DNA of 64,000 bases. Source: Bacteroidota bacterium (GTDB taxonomy: Bacteria > Bacteroidota > Bacteroidia > Bacteroidales > JAAYUG01). Below, piece by piece: positions 9,193 to 20,360 of the stretch. The position numbers were made by a program, and so were the translations under genes. The notes beneath the pieces were generated by a model. It saw only the letters and a list, made by a program, of their open reading frames with translations, did not search any database and was not told the origin of the DNA. Position 1 is the stretch's first letter, and the number at the start of each line of letters is the position of its first letter. The DNA is taken from the NCBI GenBank assembly GCA_029571215.1, contig JAKPTE010000014.1, forward strand, positions 28,082 to 92,081, read 5' to 3'.

Positions 9193-11087
9193 GCTCTTTG
9201 ATTACGGCCCTCCATGAAATTGATGAAGGAGGTGTTTACCACTTTGTTTCCTCCAGGAGTAGGATAGTCACCGGTAAAATACCAGTCGCCGGTATGATTC
9301 GGACAGGCCTTGTGAAGATTCTCAACCGTTTGATACACAATGCGCACCTCTGCCTTTATACCTTCCGTTTTAAGCAGTTCAGCAATTTTGGCTGAAATCT
9401 CTTCATCGCTGAACGGGGCATATATTTCTTTCACATAATTAACTATCTCCTCCTTCGGCTTATGCTGCTGCTCCTTACATTTACGGTACACTTCATTCAG
9501 AATTTTGTGCTGGCTCGTATCCTGAAGTAATCGGACGGCGGCACGGAATGCTATAAAATCGCCCAGTTTGGCCATATCAATTCCGTAACAATCAGGATAC
9601 CTGATCTGGGGAGAAGAAGAAACCACAACTATTTTTTTAGGACCCAGCCGGTCAAGTATTCGTAGGATGCTCTTCTTCAGGGTAGTACCCCGCACTATGC
9701 TGTCATCAATAATAACAAGGTTATCCACACCCGGTTCCAGTGTTCCGTAGGTGATATCATATACATGTTCCACCAGATCGTCCCTTCCTTTATCCTGGCT
9801 GATAAATGTTCTTAACCTGATATCTTTGATGGCTACCTTTTCTACCCTTGGCTTCCTGTACAGAATGGCAGTCAGCTCCTCTTTTCCAATCATCTGGTTG
9901 CGTCCGTTGATGCTTCCGAAAGTCTCTTCCAGCATATAACGTTCAATCCCTTTGATCATTCCATAGAACGCCGTTTCAGCCGTGTTGGGTATATAGGAAA
10001 ATACCGTATGATCCAGATCGTAATCGACCGCTTTTAGTATGGAAGGCACCAGCAGTTCGCCCAGGGCTTTCCTTTCCCGGTATATATCACGATCACTGCC
10101 CCGGGAAAAATAAATCCGTTCAAAGGAACAGGATTTCTTCGACTTGGGTTCCCGAACTTCTGACAGGAAAACATCTCCTTTCTTCTTAATAATCAATGCA
10201 TTACCTGCAGGTATTTCATGAACCTGTTCATAGGGAACATTGAATACCGTTTGAATTACAGGACGTTCCGATGCAACTACGGCAACTTCCTCATCCTTAT
10301 AATAAAATGCTGGTCTGATCCCCCATGGATCGCGCATAACAAAAGCATCACCGTGACCTATCATCCCGATGATGGCGTAACCGCCGTCCCACTTTTTGCT
10401 CGATTCTCTGAGGATATAGGAAACATCAAGATTTTCCTCTATCAGAAACGAAATTTCCCGGTTGTTGTAGCCTTCTGCCTTAAACTGATTGAATTTCCGT
10501 TGAACTTCTGTGTCGAGAAAGTGCCCTACGTTTTCAAGAATAGTAACGGTATCTGAGAAATCTTTCGGATGCTGGCCCAGATCGACCAGTATGCTGAAAA
10601 TTTCATCCACATTGGTCAGGTTAAAGTTTCCGGCCATGACCAGGTTTCGTGAACGCCAGTTATTCTGCCGCATAACCGGATGCACGTAATCAAGAGTGTT
10701 CCCCCCGAAAGTTCCGTACCGAAGATGTCCAAGGTACAATTCGGCTGCAAAAGGTATGTGGCTTTTTACATAGGTAACATCCGACATCAGCTCCTGGTCC
10801 TTCTTTTCCAGCTTTCGGTATGCTTTGGATATTTTTCTGAATACATCATCAATCGCATTTTGTTCAATCGACCGGTGCCGGAAAATATAGGGCATCCCAG
10901 GGTCCATATCAAATTTAACAGCGGCAACGCCAGCTCCGTCCTGTCCACGGTTATGCTGTTTTTCCATCAGCAGGTACAATTTATGCAATCCATACAACCA
11001 GGATCCGTACTTCTGCTGATAGTACTCAAGTGGTTTCAATAGTCTTATCAGGGCTATTCCGCATTCGTGTTTGATCAGTTCGCTCAT
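9186..11087 (-). CDS. purF: Amidophosphoribosyltransferase (long class-II glutamine amidotransferase type)
   Basis: 633 aa with an N-terminal catalytic Cys context (KHECGIALIRL) and PRPP-binding loop VIIDDSIVRGTTL. Confidence 0.9.
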   Translation of the reverse strand: MSELIKHECGIALIRLLKPLEYYQQKYGSWLYGLHKLYLLMEKQHNRGQDGAGVAAVKFDMDPGMPYIFRHRSIEQNAIDDVFRKISKAYRKLEKKDQELMSDVTYVKSHIPFAAELYLGHLRYGTFGGNTLDYVHPVMRQNNWRSRNLVMAGNFNLTNVDEIFSILVDLGQHPKDFSDTVTILENVGHFLDTEVQRKFNQFKAEGYNNREISFLIEENLDVSYILRESSKKWDGGYAIIGMIGHGDAFVMRDPWGIRPAFYYKDEEVAVVASERPVIQTVFNVPYEQVHEIPAGNALIIKKKGDVFLSEVREPKSKKSCSFERIYFSRGSDRDIYRERKALGELLVPSILKAVDYDLDHTVFSYIPNTAETAFYGMIKGIERYMLEETFGSINGRNQMIGKEELTAILYRKPRVEKVAIKDIRLRTFISQDKGRDDLVEHVYDITYGTLEPGVDNLVIIDDSIVRGTTLKKSILRILDRLGPKKIVVVSSSPQIRYPDCYGIDMAKLGDFIAFRAAVRLLQDTSQHKILNEVYRKCKEQQHKPKEEIVNYVKEIYAPFSDEEISAKIAELLKTEGIKAEVRIVYQTVENLHKACPNHTGDWYFTGDYPTPGGNKVVNTSFINFMEGRNQRAY

Positions 11088-11111
11088 ATGCGTGCCGTTT
11101 GCGGCAATCTT

Positions 11112-11639
11112 TCAATTAGAAATTGTAACAAAATCGTTTACAATAAATGCATAGGGATAGACTTTCTTAATCATTTCATACGCTTTTAATGCTTCACTGC
11201 GGGTAAGAAAGTCGCCCACATATATTTTCCAGTAAGGAGCCACGTAAGAAATGTAAACGCCATACTGCTCGAAATGCTTGAGAAACCTGGCCTTTTCAGC
11301 AAACATTTTCTGGCGGGCCGACTGGGATCCGTCGGAAAAGATCCGGATACGATAGCCCGGGAAACCTTGCTTTTGCTGCAATGTTGTCTGGTAGCAAAAA
11401 TAATTTACCAGAGTATCTAACTGAACCGGAGCAATAATCTCAACATTACCCTTTGATCTACCATTCTCGCGCAATTCCCTCAGAAAGCGGGAATAGATAT
11501 CGTTTCCGGTACTTCCCTGGGCCAGGCAGGAAATGGAACCTACCATGTAAAGGACTAAAAAAAGATTACGCACACTTCCTTTTTTGGAATTACAAAGGTA
11601 AAACAAATCTCTCGTATAAAAGTAGGTTGCATAAACCAT
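11112..11639 (-). CDS. SPOR (peptidoglycan-binding) domain protein
   Basis: 175 aa with a signal-like N-terminus (LFLVLYMVGSISCLAQG). The C-terminal YRIRIF...YWKIYVGDFLTRSEALKAYEMIKKVYPYAFIV is typical of a SPOR repeat. Confidence 0.7.
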   Translation of the reverse strand: MVYATYFYTRDLFYLCNSKKGSVRNLFLVLYMVGSISCLAQGSTGNDIYSRFLRELRENGRSKGNVEIIAPVQLDTLVNYFCYQTTLQQKQGFPGYRIRIFSDGSQSARQKMFAEKARFLKHFEQYGVYISYVAPYWKIYVGDFLTRSEALKAYEMIKKVYPYAFIVNDFVTISN

Positions 11640-11642
11640 GGG

Positions 11643-12083
11643 TCACATGAACTGAAACAGTTGGATTAGCCGTGGTTCCGTCAAAACAACTTCAAAAGCA
11701 GTAATAATTCCCGGCGCAGTTTTCAGTCGTGAAACAATGTTTTTCAGAAAATCAGCATGGGTCTCACCGACAATATGCAGAAAATAGTCAATGTTTTTAA
11801 ATTTAGGCAAAAGATACCCCTTTACAGAATGATTGCCAACCAGATAATATTCAAGCAAAGCATCCTGATCGGAATAATGGAAACAGGGAAAACCTGATTT
11901 CTCCTCAGCACCGGCATCCACAGATACAAGGTGATCGGATACTTTGCGCAATTGTATTTTAAGAGACGAATTCACCAGCCATGAAATACGATAGTCGGCT
12001 TCATGGGACGCAATAGCAATCAAATGAAGTTCACCAGGAGTTTTTTCTTTAAGTACATGCGCTGTGCGGGGCATACACGGCAT
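11643..12083 (-). CDS. IPExxxVDY-family protein (Bacteroidota-specific, unknown function)
   Basis: 146 aa containing LPKFKNIDY, which fits the [IL]P[EK]xxx[VI]DY signature. It lies immediately downstream of rnc, as I recall for this family. Confidence 0.6.
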   Translation of the reverse strand: MPCMPRTAHVLKEKTPGELHLIAIASHEADYRISWLVNSSLKIQLRKVSDHLVSVDAGAEEKSGFPCFHYSDQDALLEYYLVGNHSVKGYLLPKFKNIDYFLHIVGETHADFLKNIVSRLKTAPGIITAFEVVLTEPRLIQLFQFM

Positions 12084-12084
12084 T

Positions 12085-12819
12085 TTAATGAAAAACCAGA
12101 TACTGGTAATAAGCTATTTCTGCTGCATTCTGCTCTGCTTCCTTTTTTGAAGAACCTGTTCCTTCACCAAGTACTTGTTCTCCGAGTCGTACACGACTGA
12201 AAAAAACAGGGACTTTCGCATCTTCCTGATAAATTTCCTGAGTTTCTATACTTATGTCCTTTTTCTCCTTCTGGGCCCATTCAATCACGCGGCTTTTAAA
12301 ATCAGCTTCCTGGGATATCAGGGCTTCCAGATCGATATACTTGTTCAGAACACGTTCCAGAACAAACTTTCTGGCCCGTTGAAATCCCCGGTCGAGATAA
12401 ACAGCACCAACCAGAGCCTCCAGGGCATCACCGTATACATTTTTTACTCCGTTTCCATGCTCAGTATTGGATACCAGCAACTTATGTATACCCATTTTTT
12501 CGGCAAGCTGGTTAAGCTGGGTTCTTTTAACAATCCGACTCCGGAGTTTAGAAAGGAAACCTTCATCTTTATCGGGGAAGCTGTTAAAGAGAAAATCGCT
12601 GATGATGGCATCGAGTACTGCATCGCCCAGGTATTCGAGCCGCTCATTGTTCATAACCTCTCCGTCGGGCATTCGTATGGAAGCCGAACGGTGGATAAAT
12701 GCCAGTTCATAAAGTGACAAGTTTCCCGGTCGGAAACCTGTTATAGGTGGCAACTGGTAGAACAATCTGCGCTGTACGTCCGTTTTCCTGCGAAAACGGC
12801 TAAAAATAGGCTTAATCAC
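12085..12819 (-). CDS. rnc: Ribonuclease III
   Basis: 244 aa with RNase III signature ERLEYLGDAVLD and a C-terminal dsRBD (GEGTGSSKKEAEQNAA). Confidence 0.93.
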   Translation of the reverse strand: MIKPIFSRFRRKTDVQRRLFYQLPPITGFRPGNLSLYELAFIHRSASIRMPDGEVMNNERLEYLGDAVLDAIISDFLFNSFPDKDEGFLSKLRSRIVKRTQLNQLAEKMGIHKLLVSNTEHGNGVKNVYGDALEALVGAVYLDRGFQRARKFVLERVLNKYIDLEALISQEADFKSRVIEWAQKEKKDISIETQEIYQEDAKVPVFFSRVRLGEQVLGEGTGSSKKEAEQNAAEIAYYQYLVFH

Positions 12820-12827
12820 ACGAGAAT

Positions 12828-14078
12828 TCAGGATATTTTTCCAAAGACTACACTAACGTTATGCCCTCCAAACCCGAAGGTATTACTGAGAGCATAACGG
12901 ATTTCGCGTTGCTGGGCTTTATTAAAGGTAAAATTCAGCTTGTAGTCGATGTTCGGGTCTTCCGTGGTAAAATGCATGGTGGGTGGCACAATGCTGTCTC
13001 GTATAGCAAGGATGGTGGCAATAGCTTCCACCACACCGGCAGCCCCGAGCAAATGCCCCGTCATGGATTTGGTGGAACTGAGATGCATCCTGTAGGCGTG
13101 GTCGCCGAATACTGCCTTTACTGCCGTAGCTTCTGCCACGTCGTTCAGGGGCGTTGACGTACCATGCATATTGATGTAATCGATCTGTTCAGGATTCAAT
13201 CCTGCATCTTTGACAGCCAGTTCCATCACTTTTCTTGCCCCAAGCCCTTCGGGATGGGGAGCTGTCAGATGATAAGCATCGGCCGTTAGCCCGGCTCCCA
13301 TAAGTTCACAATAAATACGGGCACCCCGTTTTCGGGCATGTTCATATTCCTCAATGACGAGCGCACCTCCTCCTTCGCCCATAACAAACCCATCACGGGT
13401 ACCGTCAAATGGACGGGAAGCCGTTTTATATTCGTCATTACGTGTGCTCAACGCATGCATGGCATTAAATCCTCCAAGACCGGGTTCATTAATGGCCGCT
13501 TCGGAACCACCAGCAAGGATAATATCCGCTTTCCCAAGCCTTATGAGCATTAATGCTTCCGCTATGGCGTTATTGGATGATGCACAGGCCGATACCGTTG
13601 TATAATTCGGACCCCTGAAATTGTATTTTATTGAAATATGACCACCAGCTATGTCAGCAATCATGCGGGGTATAAAGAACGGACTGTACCTGGGGGTCCC
13701 ATCACCGCCCAAATACCCGCGCACTTCCTGCAAAAATGTTTCTATCCCGCCAATTCCTGATCCCCAGATGACTCCTGCACGATCATGATCAATATTCTCC
13801 AGATCAAGACCGGAATCAACAACTGCCTCATGCGCACAGACAAGCGAAAACTGGGAAAATAAATCCAGCTTCCTGACCTCCTTTTTGTCGATGACCAGAG
13901 TGGGATCAAAATTCTTTACCTGGCAGGCAAACCTGGTTTTGAATTTGGATGTATCGAAACGGGTAATAAGTTCACAACCACTTACCCCGTCAATAATGTT
14001 TTTCCAAAACTCCGGCACATTATTTCCAACAGGTGTAACCGCCCCCAGGCCAGTAACTACCGCCCGTTTCAACTCCAT
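12828..14078 (-). CDS. fabF: 3-oxoacyl-ACP synthase II
   Basis: 416 aa with active-site Cys context VSACASSN, plus HGTSTP and GHLLGAAG motifs. It lies downstream of acpP. Confidence 0.93.
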   Translation of the reverse strand: MELKRAVVTGLGAVTPVGNNVPEFWKNIIDGVSGCELITRFDTSKFKTRFACQVKNFDPTLVIDKKEVRKLDLFSQFSLVCAHEAVVDSGLDLENIDHDRAGVIWGSGIGGIETFLQEVRGYLGGDGTPRYSPFFIPRMIADIAGGHISIKYNFRGPNYTTVSACASSNNAIAEALMLIRLGKADIILAGGSEAAINEPGLGGFNAMHALSTRNDEYKTASRPFDGTRDGFVMGEGGGALVIEEYEHARKRGARIYCELMGAGLTADAYHLTAPHPEGLGARKVMELAVKDAGLNPEQIDYINMHGTSTPLNDVAEATAVKAVFGDHAYRMHLSSTKSMTGHLLGAAGVVEAIATILAIRDSIVPPTMHFTTEDPNIDYKLNFTFNKAQQREIRYALSNTFGFGGHNVSVVFGKIS

Positions 14079-14096
14079 AAATCCAGGTTTTGGAAT

Positions 14097-14336
14097 TTAT
14101 TTCTTAACGTTTTCTTCAATGTACTTAATGGCTTCTCCCACTGTGCTGATCCCTTCAGCTGCATCGTCAGGAATACTCAGATTGAATTCCTTCTCGAATT
14201 CCATGATCAGCTCTATCGTGTCAAGAGAATCAGCTCCCAGATCGTTGGTGAAGCTGGCTTCGGGCGTAACTTCACTTTCGTCAACACCCAGTTTGTCAAC
14301 AATAATTGACTTTACTCTTGAAGCGATGTCAGACAT
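14097..14336 (-). CDS. acpP: Acyl carrier protein
   Basis: 79 aa with phosphopantetheine site [17 protein letters not shown]. Confidence 0.95.
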   Translation of the reverse strand: MSDIASRVKSIIVDKLGVDESEVTPEASFTNDLGADSLDTIELIMEFEKEFNLSIPDDAAEGISTVGEAIKYIEENVKK

Positions 14337-14509
14337 AATTGTAAGTTTTAGGTTAATACTTCTTTTGATTTTATCGCTGCAAAGAAATGCAATTCCTGAA
14401 AAAAAACAAAAAAAATCCCTTCAGCCCTTCAAAATTACTGTATTTTCTTTGTATTTTGACCCCTGAATCCAATGAGTAAAATCGACAAAACTTTATTAAA
14501 GTATTGAAT

Positions 14510-15082
14510 ATGAGCAATATAGCTATATTTGCCTCAGGATCAGGAACAAACGCTGAACGCATCATGCGCACTTTTCAAAATCACCCTTTCATTAAAGTCA
14601 AACTTGTTCTTTCCAATAAAAAGAACGCCGGAGTACTGGAGCGGGCAAAGAAACTTAATGTTAAAACCTTCGTATTCAACAAAGAAGAATTTTATCAGAC
14701 AGACGTGGTGCTTCAAATTCTGCTTAATGAGAAAATAGATTTCATTGTTCTTGCCGGGTTTTTATGGCTTGTTCCTGAAAAAATTCTGCGGCAATATCCT
14801 AACAGGATTATCAATATTCATCCTGCCCTTTTGCCTGCCTATGGTGGGAAAGGCATGTACGGACAGAAAGTTCATGAGGCCGTTATTGCCAATCATGAAA
14901 AGGAGTCGGGCATAACCATACATTATGTAAACAGTGAATATGACCGGGGTGAAATTATTTTCCAGGCCCGTTGCCCGGTTCTTCCTGACGATACGCCCGA
15001 AACGCTGGCAGAGAGGGTTCATCAGCTTGAGTACCAACACTATCCCGAAGTGATTGAAAAACTGCTCAGCAAGAAGGATTAG
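14510..15082 (+). CDS. purN: Phosphoribosylglycinamide formyltransferase
   Basis: The track ORF begins at TTG 14504; ATG 14510 gives MSNIAIFASGSGTNAE. Also has HPALLP and the formyltransferase core. Confidence 0.9.
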   Translation: MSNIAIFASGSGTNAERIMRTFQNHPFIKVKLVLSNKKNAGVLERAKKLNVKTFVFNKEEFYQTDVVLQILLNEKIDFIVLAGFLWLVPEKILRQYPNRIINIHPALLPAYGGKGMYGQKVHEAVIANHEKESGITIHYVNSEYDRGEIIFQARCPVLPDDTPETLAERVHQLEYQHYPEVIEKLLSKKD

Positions 15083-15101
15083 GAGCCTGCATGATGAAAT
15101 A

Positions 15102-15965
15102 TCAACCTCTTATTCTGTCAAATCCCTCTCCATAAACTCCCATGACCTCAGCAAGTGACATGAATGCTTTGGGATCAACCTGACGTATAATTCTGAATAC
15201 GTCGTTTACTTCATGTTTACGAACCAATACCAATAATACTTTCTGGTCATCTTTTGTATACCATCCCTGGCCATTGACAATGGTTACACCTCTATGGACT
15301 TCCCTGGCGATGCGCTCAGCTATTTGCTCATACCGTTTTGAGAAGATAAAAAGCTGATACGATTGTCTGGCTCCTGAAATGACGATATCAATAGTGTATG
15401 CTGTGACCGCCATAACCACGAAGCCAAAAACCACTTTTTCTATTGACCGGAAAACCAGAAAGGAACTGGAAATAATGAAAATATCGCACAACAGAATAAC
15501 ACGTCCCGGACTCATATTTCTATACCGGTTTACGATCATAGCAATAATGTCGGTTCCTCCGGTACTCCCTCCCTGGGTAAACACAATCCCCACGCCGGCA
15601 CCGGCCATAAATCCGCCGATTACCGTGGCCATGAAATCGTCATGCACAATCGGATGTTTCAGTATACCCTGAAGTACCGAAAAAAGGACCGAGAGGACAA
15701 CGACCGAATAAATGGTTTTTACGCCAAAAGAAGCTCCCAGAAGACGTATTGCAATCAGAATAAGAATGACATTGATTGCCAGGTAGCTAACTCCCATAGG
15801 GAATCCGGTGGCAAAATAGATGATAGCGGCTATACCGCTAACACCTCCTCCTGTAATATCAGCCGGAATAAGAAAAAGAACCCATCCCAGGGCATTCACC
15901 AGCAACCCGAGGGTAATGATCAGATAGGCTTTTGCTTCTTTTCGGATAGAATTTTTAATCCCCAT
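15102..15965 (-). CDS. YitT-family membrane protein (DUF2179 C-terminal domain)
   Basis: The track ORF extends to 16034 inside leuS. ATG at 15963-15965 overlaps the leuS stop as TGATG. The protein is polytopic with a soluble C-terminal domain (VTIVNGQGWYTKDDQKVLLVLVRKHE). Confidence 0.75.
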   Translation of the reverse strand: MGIKNSIRKEAKAYLIITLGLLVNALGWVLFLIPADITGGGVSGIAAIIYFATGFPMGVSYLAINVILILIAIRLLGASFGVKTIYSVVVLSVLFSVLQGILKHPIVHDDFMATVIGGFMAGAGVGIVFTQGGSTGGTDIIAMIVNRYRNMSPGRVILLCDIFIISSSFLVFRSIEKVVFGFVVMAVTAYTIDIVISGARQSYQLFIFSKRYEQIAERIAREVHRGVTIVNGQGWYTKDDQKVLLVLVRKHEVNDVFRIIRQVDPKAFMSLAEVMGVYGEGFDRIRG

Positions 15966-18724
15966 CAAACAACCACATTTATAATCTTGCCCGGCACTAT
16001 GATAATTTTTTTCGGTTGCTTTCCCGAAAGCCATTTTTGTGCTGTCGGATCGGCCAATACTGTTTTTTCAATTTCCGGTACAGGCATGTCGAGCGGAAGG
16101 TTCAGTTTGAATCGTAGTTTCCCGTTGAAAGATACCGGATATTCAAAATTATCCTCCACCACATAGGCTTCGTCATAAACAGGATAAGCAGCATCACACA
16201 CCGTATCTGTATGGCCCAGCAAATGCCAGAGTTCCTCAGCAATATGCGGTGCGAAAGGAGAAAGGAGAACAACCAGTGGTTCCAGAACTGACCGTTTGCG
16301 GCATTTCAGATCAGACAATTCATTCACGCAGATCATGAAGGTACTCACTGCCGTGTTGAACGAAAAACGTTCTATATCGTCCCTTACTTTTTTTATCGTC
16401 CGATGCAGAATGGCAAGTTCCTGCCTCAGAGGAGCTTCATCAGTAACTTCAAATCCGTTTTCGCTGTTATGGAACAGCCTCCAAAACTTCCTGAGAAACC
16501 TGTGAACCCCGTCAATTCCATTGGTATCCCATGGCTTGGACTGTTCCAGGGGGCCGAGAAACATTTCATACATACGCAACGTGTCGGCACCATACTTTTC
16601 AATAATTTCGTCCGGATTGATCACATTGTACATCGACTTGGACATTTTTTCAATTGCCCAGCCGCAAACATATTTTCCGTCTTCGAGAATAAATTCGGCC
16701 AAAGCATATTCCGGGCTCCACTTCCTGAAAGCCTCGATGTCAAGTATATCGTTTTCAACCAGATGAATATCAACATGAATAGCCATTACATCGTACTGAT
16801 CTTTCAGTCCGTAAGAAACATACGTATTGGTACCTTTGATCCGGTAAACATAATTGGAACGACCCTGAATCATGCCCTGATTGATCAGCTTACGGAATGG
16901 TTCATCCTTGCATACATAGCCAAGGTCATAAAGAAACTTGTTCCAGAACCGGGAGTAGATAAGATGCCCTGTTGCATGCTCTGTTCCTCCGATGTACAGA
17001 TCAACATCCTGCCAGTAAAGATTGGCTTCGCGTGAAACAAGAGCTTCATCGTTATGAGGATCCATGTAACGGAGGTAATAAGCCGACGAACCCGCGAAAC
17101 CCGGCATGGTACTTACTTCATACGGATATCCTTCGGGAGTATGCCAGTTTTTTGCCCTTGCCAGCGGAGGTTCCCCCTTTTCCGTAGGCAGATAACTTTC
17201 AATTTCAGGAAGCACAAGCGGAAGATCTTTTTCTTCAAGCGGAAAAGGAATCCCGTCTTTGTAATAAATCGGAAAAGGCTCTCCCCAGTATCTTTGGCGG
17301 CTGAAAATAGCATCCCTGATCCTGTAATTCACCTTTCTTACGCCCAGATTTCTTTTTTCCAGTTCTTGGGTAACCCTCTTTATTGCTTCAGGAACCGGAA
17401 GGCCGGAAATGAAATCACTGTTCATCACTCTGGCATCCCAGCTGTCAAAGGCCTCTTTTTCTACATTACCACCTTCAATTACCTGAACAATAGGCAAATG
17501 GAATGTTTTTGCAAATTCCCAGTCGCGTTGGTCATGAGCAGGAACAGCCATAATTGCTCCCGTACCGTACCCGGCCAAAACATAATCACTCACCCAAATG
17601 GGAATCTCTTCACGGGTAAAAGGATGTATGACATAACCGCCGGTAAAGACCCCTGTTTTTCTGGTATCGGCCATCCTTTCCCTTTCGTTTCTGCGCTTTA
17701 CCTCTTCGAGGTATGCTTCAACCTTTGATTGATATTCCGGCGCAGTAACTTTCCAGACCCATTCACTTTCAGGAGCCAGTACCATAAAGGTAACCCCCCA
17801 AAGTGTATCAGGACGAGTCGTAAATACAACAAGAGGCTCTTCAACTCCCTTCACGGGGAAATATATTTCAGCACCTTCACTTCTTCCAATCCAGTTGCGC
17901 TGCATTTCCTTCAATGAATCGGTCCAGTCAATGGTATCAAGCCCGTCGAGCAATCGCTGGGCATAGGCAGAGACACGCAACAGCCACTGTTTCATCTTTC
18001 TTTGCTCAACCGGATGGCCACCACGGACCGAAAATCCATCTTTTACTTCATCATTCGCCAGAACCGTACCCAGAGCCGGACACCAATTGACCATGGCTTC
18101 CGAGAGATATGCAATCCGGTAATTCATCAGCATTTCCTGCTGCGACCTTTCATCCATCCTGTTCCACTCTTCAGCCGAAAAAGGAGGATGCTCATTACAG
18201 GCAGCATGTACCCGTGAACTTCCATGCTTGCTGAATTCGTCGATCAACTTACTGATTGGTTCAGCCCGTTCTGTTTCCCGGTTATACCAGTGATGAAACA
18301 TTTGCAAAAAGGCCCATTGCGTCCATTTATAATAGGCGGGATCGCAGGTACGCACTTCCCTGTTCCAGTCGTATGAAAAACCGATTTTATCGAGCTGCTC
18401 GCGATAACGCGCAATATTTCTTTCGGTTGTGACAGCCGGATGCTGCCCGGTTTGAATGGCATATTGCTCAGCCGGAAGTCCAAATGCATCATATCCCATG
18501 GGATGCAGTACATTGAAACCACAATGACGTTTGTAACGCGCATAGATATCCGATGCAATGTACCCCAGGGGATGACCTACATGCAAACCGGCACCCGACG
18601 GATAAGGAAACATGTCCAGTACATAGTATTTGGGCTTTGCCGGATCAACTTCCACCTGGTACACATGATGACGGTTCCAGAATGACTGCCAGTTTTTTTC
18701 TATTTCCCTGAAATTATAGTCCAT
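15965..18724 (-). CDS. leuS: Leucyl-tRNA synthetase
   Basis: 919 aa with HIGH-type motif (HVGHPLGY) and KMSKS (EKMSKSMYN). Confidence 0.97.
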   Translation of the reverse strand: MDYNFREIEKNWQSFWNRHHVYQVEVDPAKPKYYVLDMFPYPSGAGLHVGHPLGYIASDIYARYKRHCGFNVLHPMGYDAFGLPAEQYAIQTGQHPAVTTERNIARYREQLDKIGFSYDWNREVRTCDPAYYKWTQWAFLQMFHHWYNRETERAEPISKLIDEFSKHGSSRVHAACNEHPPFSAEEWNRMDERSQQEMLMNYRIAYLSEAMVNWCPALGTVLANDEVKDGFSVRGGHPVEQRKMKQWLLRVSAYAQRLLDGLDTIDWTDSLKEMQRNWIGRSEGAEIYFPVKGVEEPLVVFTTRPDTLWGVTFMVLAPESEWVWKVTAPEYQSKVEAYLEEVKRRNERERMADTRKTGVFTGGYVIHPFTREEIPIWVSDYVLAGYGTGAIMAVPAHDQRDWEFAKTFHLPIVQVIEGGNVEKEAFDSWDARVMNSDFISGLPVPEAIKRVTQELEKRNLGVRKVNYRIRDAIFSRQRYWGEPFPIYYKDGIPFPLEEKDLPLVLPEIESYLPTEKGEPPLARAKNWHTPEGYPYEVSTMPGFAGSSAYYLRYMDPHNDEALVSREANLYWQDVDLYIGGTEHATGHLIYSRFWNKFLYDLGYVCKDEPFRKLINQGMIQGRSNYVYRIKGTNTYVSYGLKDQYDVMAIHVDIHLVENDILDIEAFRKWSPEYALAEFILEDGKYVCGWAIEKMSKSMYNVINPDEIIEKYGADTLRMYEMFLGPLEQSKPWDTNGIDGVHRFLRKFWRLFHNSENGFEVTDEAPLRQELAILHRTIKKVRDDIERFSFNTAVSTFMICVNELSDLKCRKRSVLEPLVVLLSPFAPHIAEELWHLLGHTDTVCDAAYPVYDEAYVVEDNFEYPVSFNGKLRFKLNLPLDMPVPEIEKTVLADPTAQKWLSGKQPKKIIIVPGKIINVVV

Positions 18725-18752
18725 AATCTTCTGATTCTTGACAATGAAACGA

Positions 18753-18760
18753 CAAAAGTA
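18753..18760 (-). promoter_or_regulatory. -7 promoter box TACTTTTG upstream of leuS
   Basis: The minus strand reads TACTTTTG (TAnnTTTG), 28 nt upstream of the leuS ATG at 18724. Confidence 0.35.
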
Positions 18761-18830
18761 AAAAAAATCGCATCAGTGTGGAACAGGGAAAAATGTCTCA
18801 AAACTTCGTTTTCCGGCATCCCGGACAATA

Positions 18831-20354
18831 TTACTGATGGCGCATTACTTTATATAAATATAGGTACTCCCTTCTGGAAACAAGCCTGAGAAAATCCCCT
18901 TCGAGAGGGATGCAGGAAACCACTGCGCTCACATTTTTAAAAGAAATGTCTGATAAAAGGATGCCAGGATTATCCTGCACTTTCCGGTTAAGAAGTACTT
19001 TCTGGTACCATTCATATATTTTGTCAGAGCGCGTGGGTACAAACCGGTACACAACAAATGGTTTTCGTTCCGATATTCGTGGAACAGAAAGGATATTGTC
19101 CGGATCTTCGCAAAGCAGGAGAAATTCATCATCCCGGTTTGTTTCCCGTTTCAGATCCTCAGCAATGGCCCTTGCGATCTGCGCATGCCTGTTATCGGAT
19201 TTCCTTTTCTCCATTCTTCCGGTAATAAGAAATCCGTAGGAAACGGTTAATACCAGCAAGGCAGCAAGGCTATTCCCTGCTATCCTGCGAATGAAGTCAC
19301 CTGCAGGACCTTCTTTCTTTCTTAAAAACTCCGAAAGAAGGATTATCCCTTCCATCTGAAAGAGAAACATTGCAAGACCATTGCCACGAAACGGATAATA
19401 TTTGAGAAAATAACCCTGCCTGTCGAACAAGGCTTTACCAAGCCCAATAAATACCTGGGTTAAGATAATGATCAGAAGTAGATTGAGCCGCGACAAAATT
19501 CCTGTTTTCCGGTTCCTGCTGACAAGCCATGCCACAACGAAAACACCTGCAGCCAAAATCACCCTCGGGAAGTGACGATGAAAAAAATAGGGAAAGGACT
19601 TAAATAAGCCAATATGGTGAGGATTTCTGAAAAAAACATATATATAATTGGTATTAACACCATGTACAATGGGCGAATTGTCTTTTATCAGGCCTGAGTA
19701 CAGATAGATGAGAAGCGGAACGAACAGCAAAAGAAAGACACCTGCAAGTGCTACCGTCCTATTCAGGCTTATTTTCCTGATCTGCAAATAAATAAAAAGA
19801 TAAAATGCCCACCAGCCACCGGCAAGAAGGTGCCAGTATACAGCAATAATAGCCAGGATGACTGATGGTAGATATTTTTCGTTGAGCAGGAAGTACAGAG
19901 AAGCAAGAACAAAAGCATAACTGATGGTCTTGGATTCGAGGGGACCAAATATCCACTCGCCTGCAAACAATGATTGCTGGGGAAGATAGAAAAACGGAAA
20001 CCAAAGAAGAAAAGCCATATTTGATATTCCTGCAAGCCGTAGGATTCCAGCAAGCGGAAAAGCAACCATAATGTAACTTAATAGTCTCCCCCAGAAAGCA
20101 ACCTGTTCAAAAGAAAAATGTCTAAGAAAAAAACCGGCGACCCATTGGAAAAGAATGCGGGAACCGGGGAAATCGTCAAACACATCTGTGCCTGCCATCC
20201 AGGATGGGTCTGCAAATCTGCGGGCATATCCCAGGTATTGTTCTTCATTTCCGTCGAGTACAAAGCCAAGAAAATAAAGACTCAGGACAAACACGATCCA
20301 TACAGCAGGATGCACTTTATTGATGAAGGAAACAATCCGGGCAGACCACTTCAT
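18831..20354 (-). CDS. Polytopic membrane protein, GT-C-like architecture (family unassigned)
   Basis: 507 aa with roughly 11 hydrophobic segments over aa 14-385, then a ~120-aa hydrophilic tail. An acidic motif LDGNEEQYLGYARRF follows TM1. It starts 6 nt downstream of a GtrB/ArnC-type GT2. Confidence 0.55.
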   Translation of the reverse strand: MKWSARIVSFINKVHPAVWIVFVLSLYFLGFVLDGNEEQYLGYARRFADPSWMAGTDVFDDFPGSRILFQWVAGFFLRHFSFEQVAFWGRLLSYIMVAFPLAGILRLAGISNMAFLLWFPFFYLPQQSLFAGEWIFGPLESKTISYAFVLASLYFLLNEKYLPSVILAIIAVYWHLLAGGWWAFYLFIYLQIRKISLNRTVALAGVFLLLFVPLLIYLYSGLIKDNSPIVHGVNTNYIYVFFRNPHHIGLFKSFPYFFHRHFPRVILAAGVFVVAWLVSRNRKTGILSRLNLLLIIILTQVFIGLGKALFDRQGYFLKYYPFRGNGLAMFLFQMEGIILLSEFLRKKEGPAGDFIRRIAGNSLAALLVLTVSYGFLITGRMEKRKSDNRHAQIARAIAEDLKRETNRDDEFLLLCEDPDNILSVPRISERKPFVVYRFVPTRSDKIYEWYQKVLLNRKVQDNPGILLSDISFKNVSAVVSCIPLEGDFLRLVSRREYLYLYKVMRHQ

Positions 20355-20360
20355 AATGTC

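Noticed and set aside
16403-17728. Two long + strand ORFs (210 and 224 aa) inside leuS
   Set aside because: They are antisense to an unambiguous 919-aa LeuRS (HIGH and KMSKS present). The translations are low-complexity and basic, so they are shadow ORFs.
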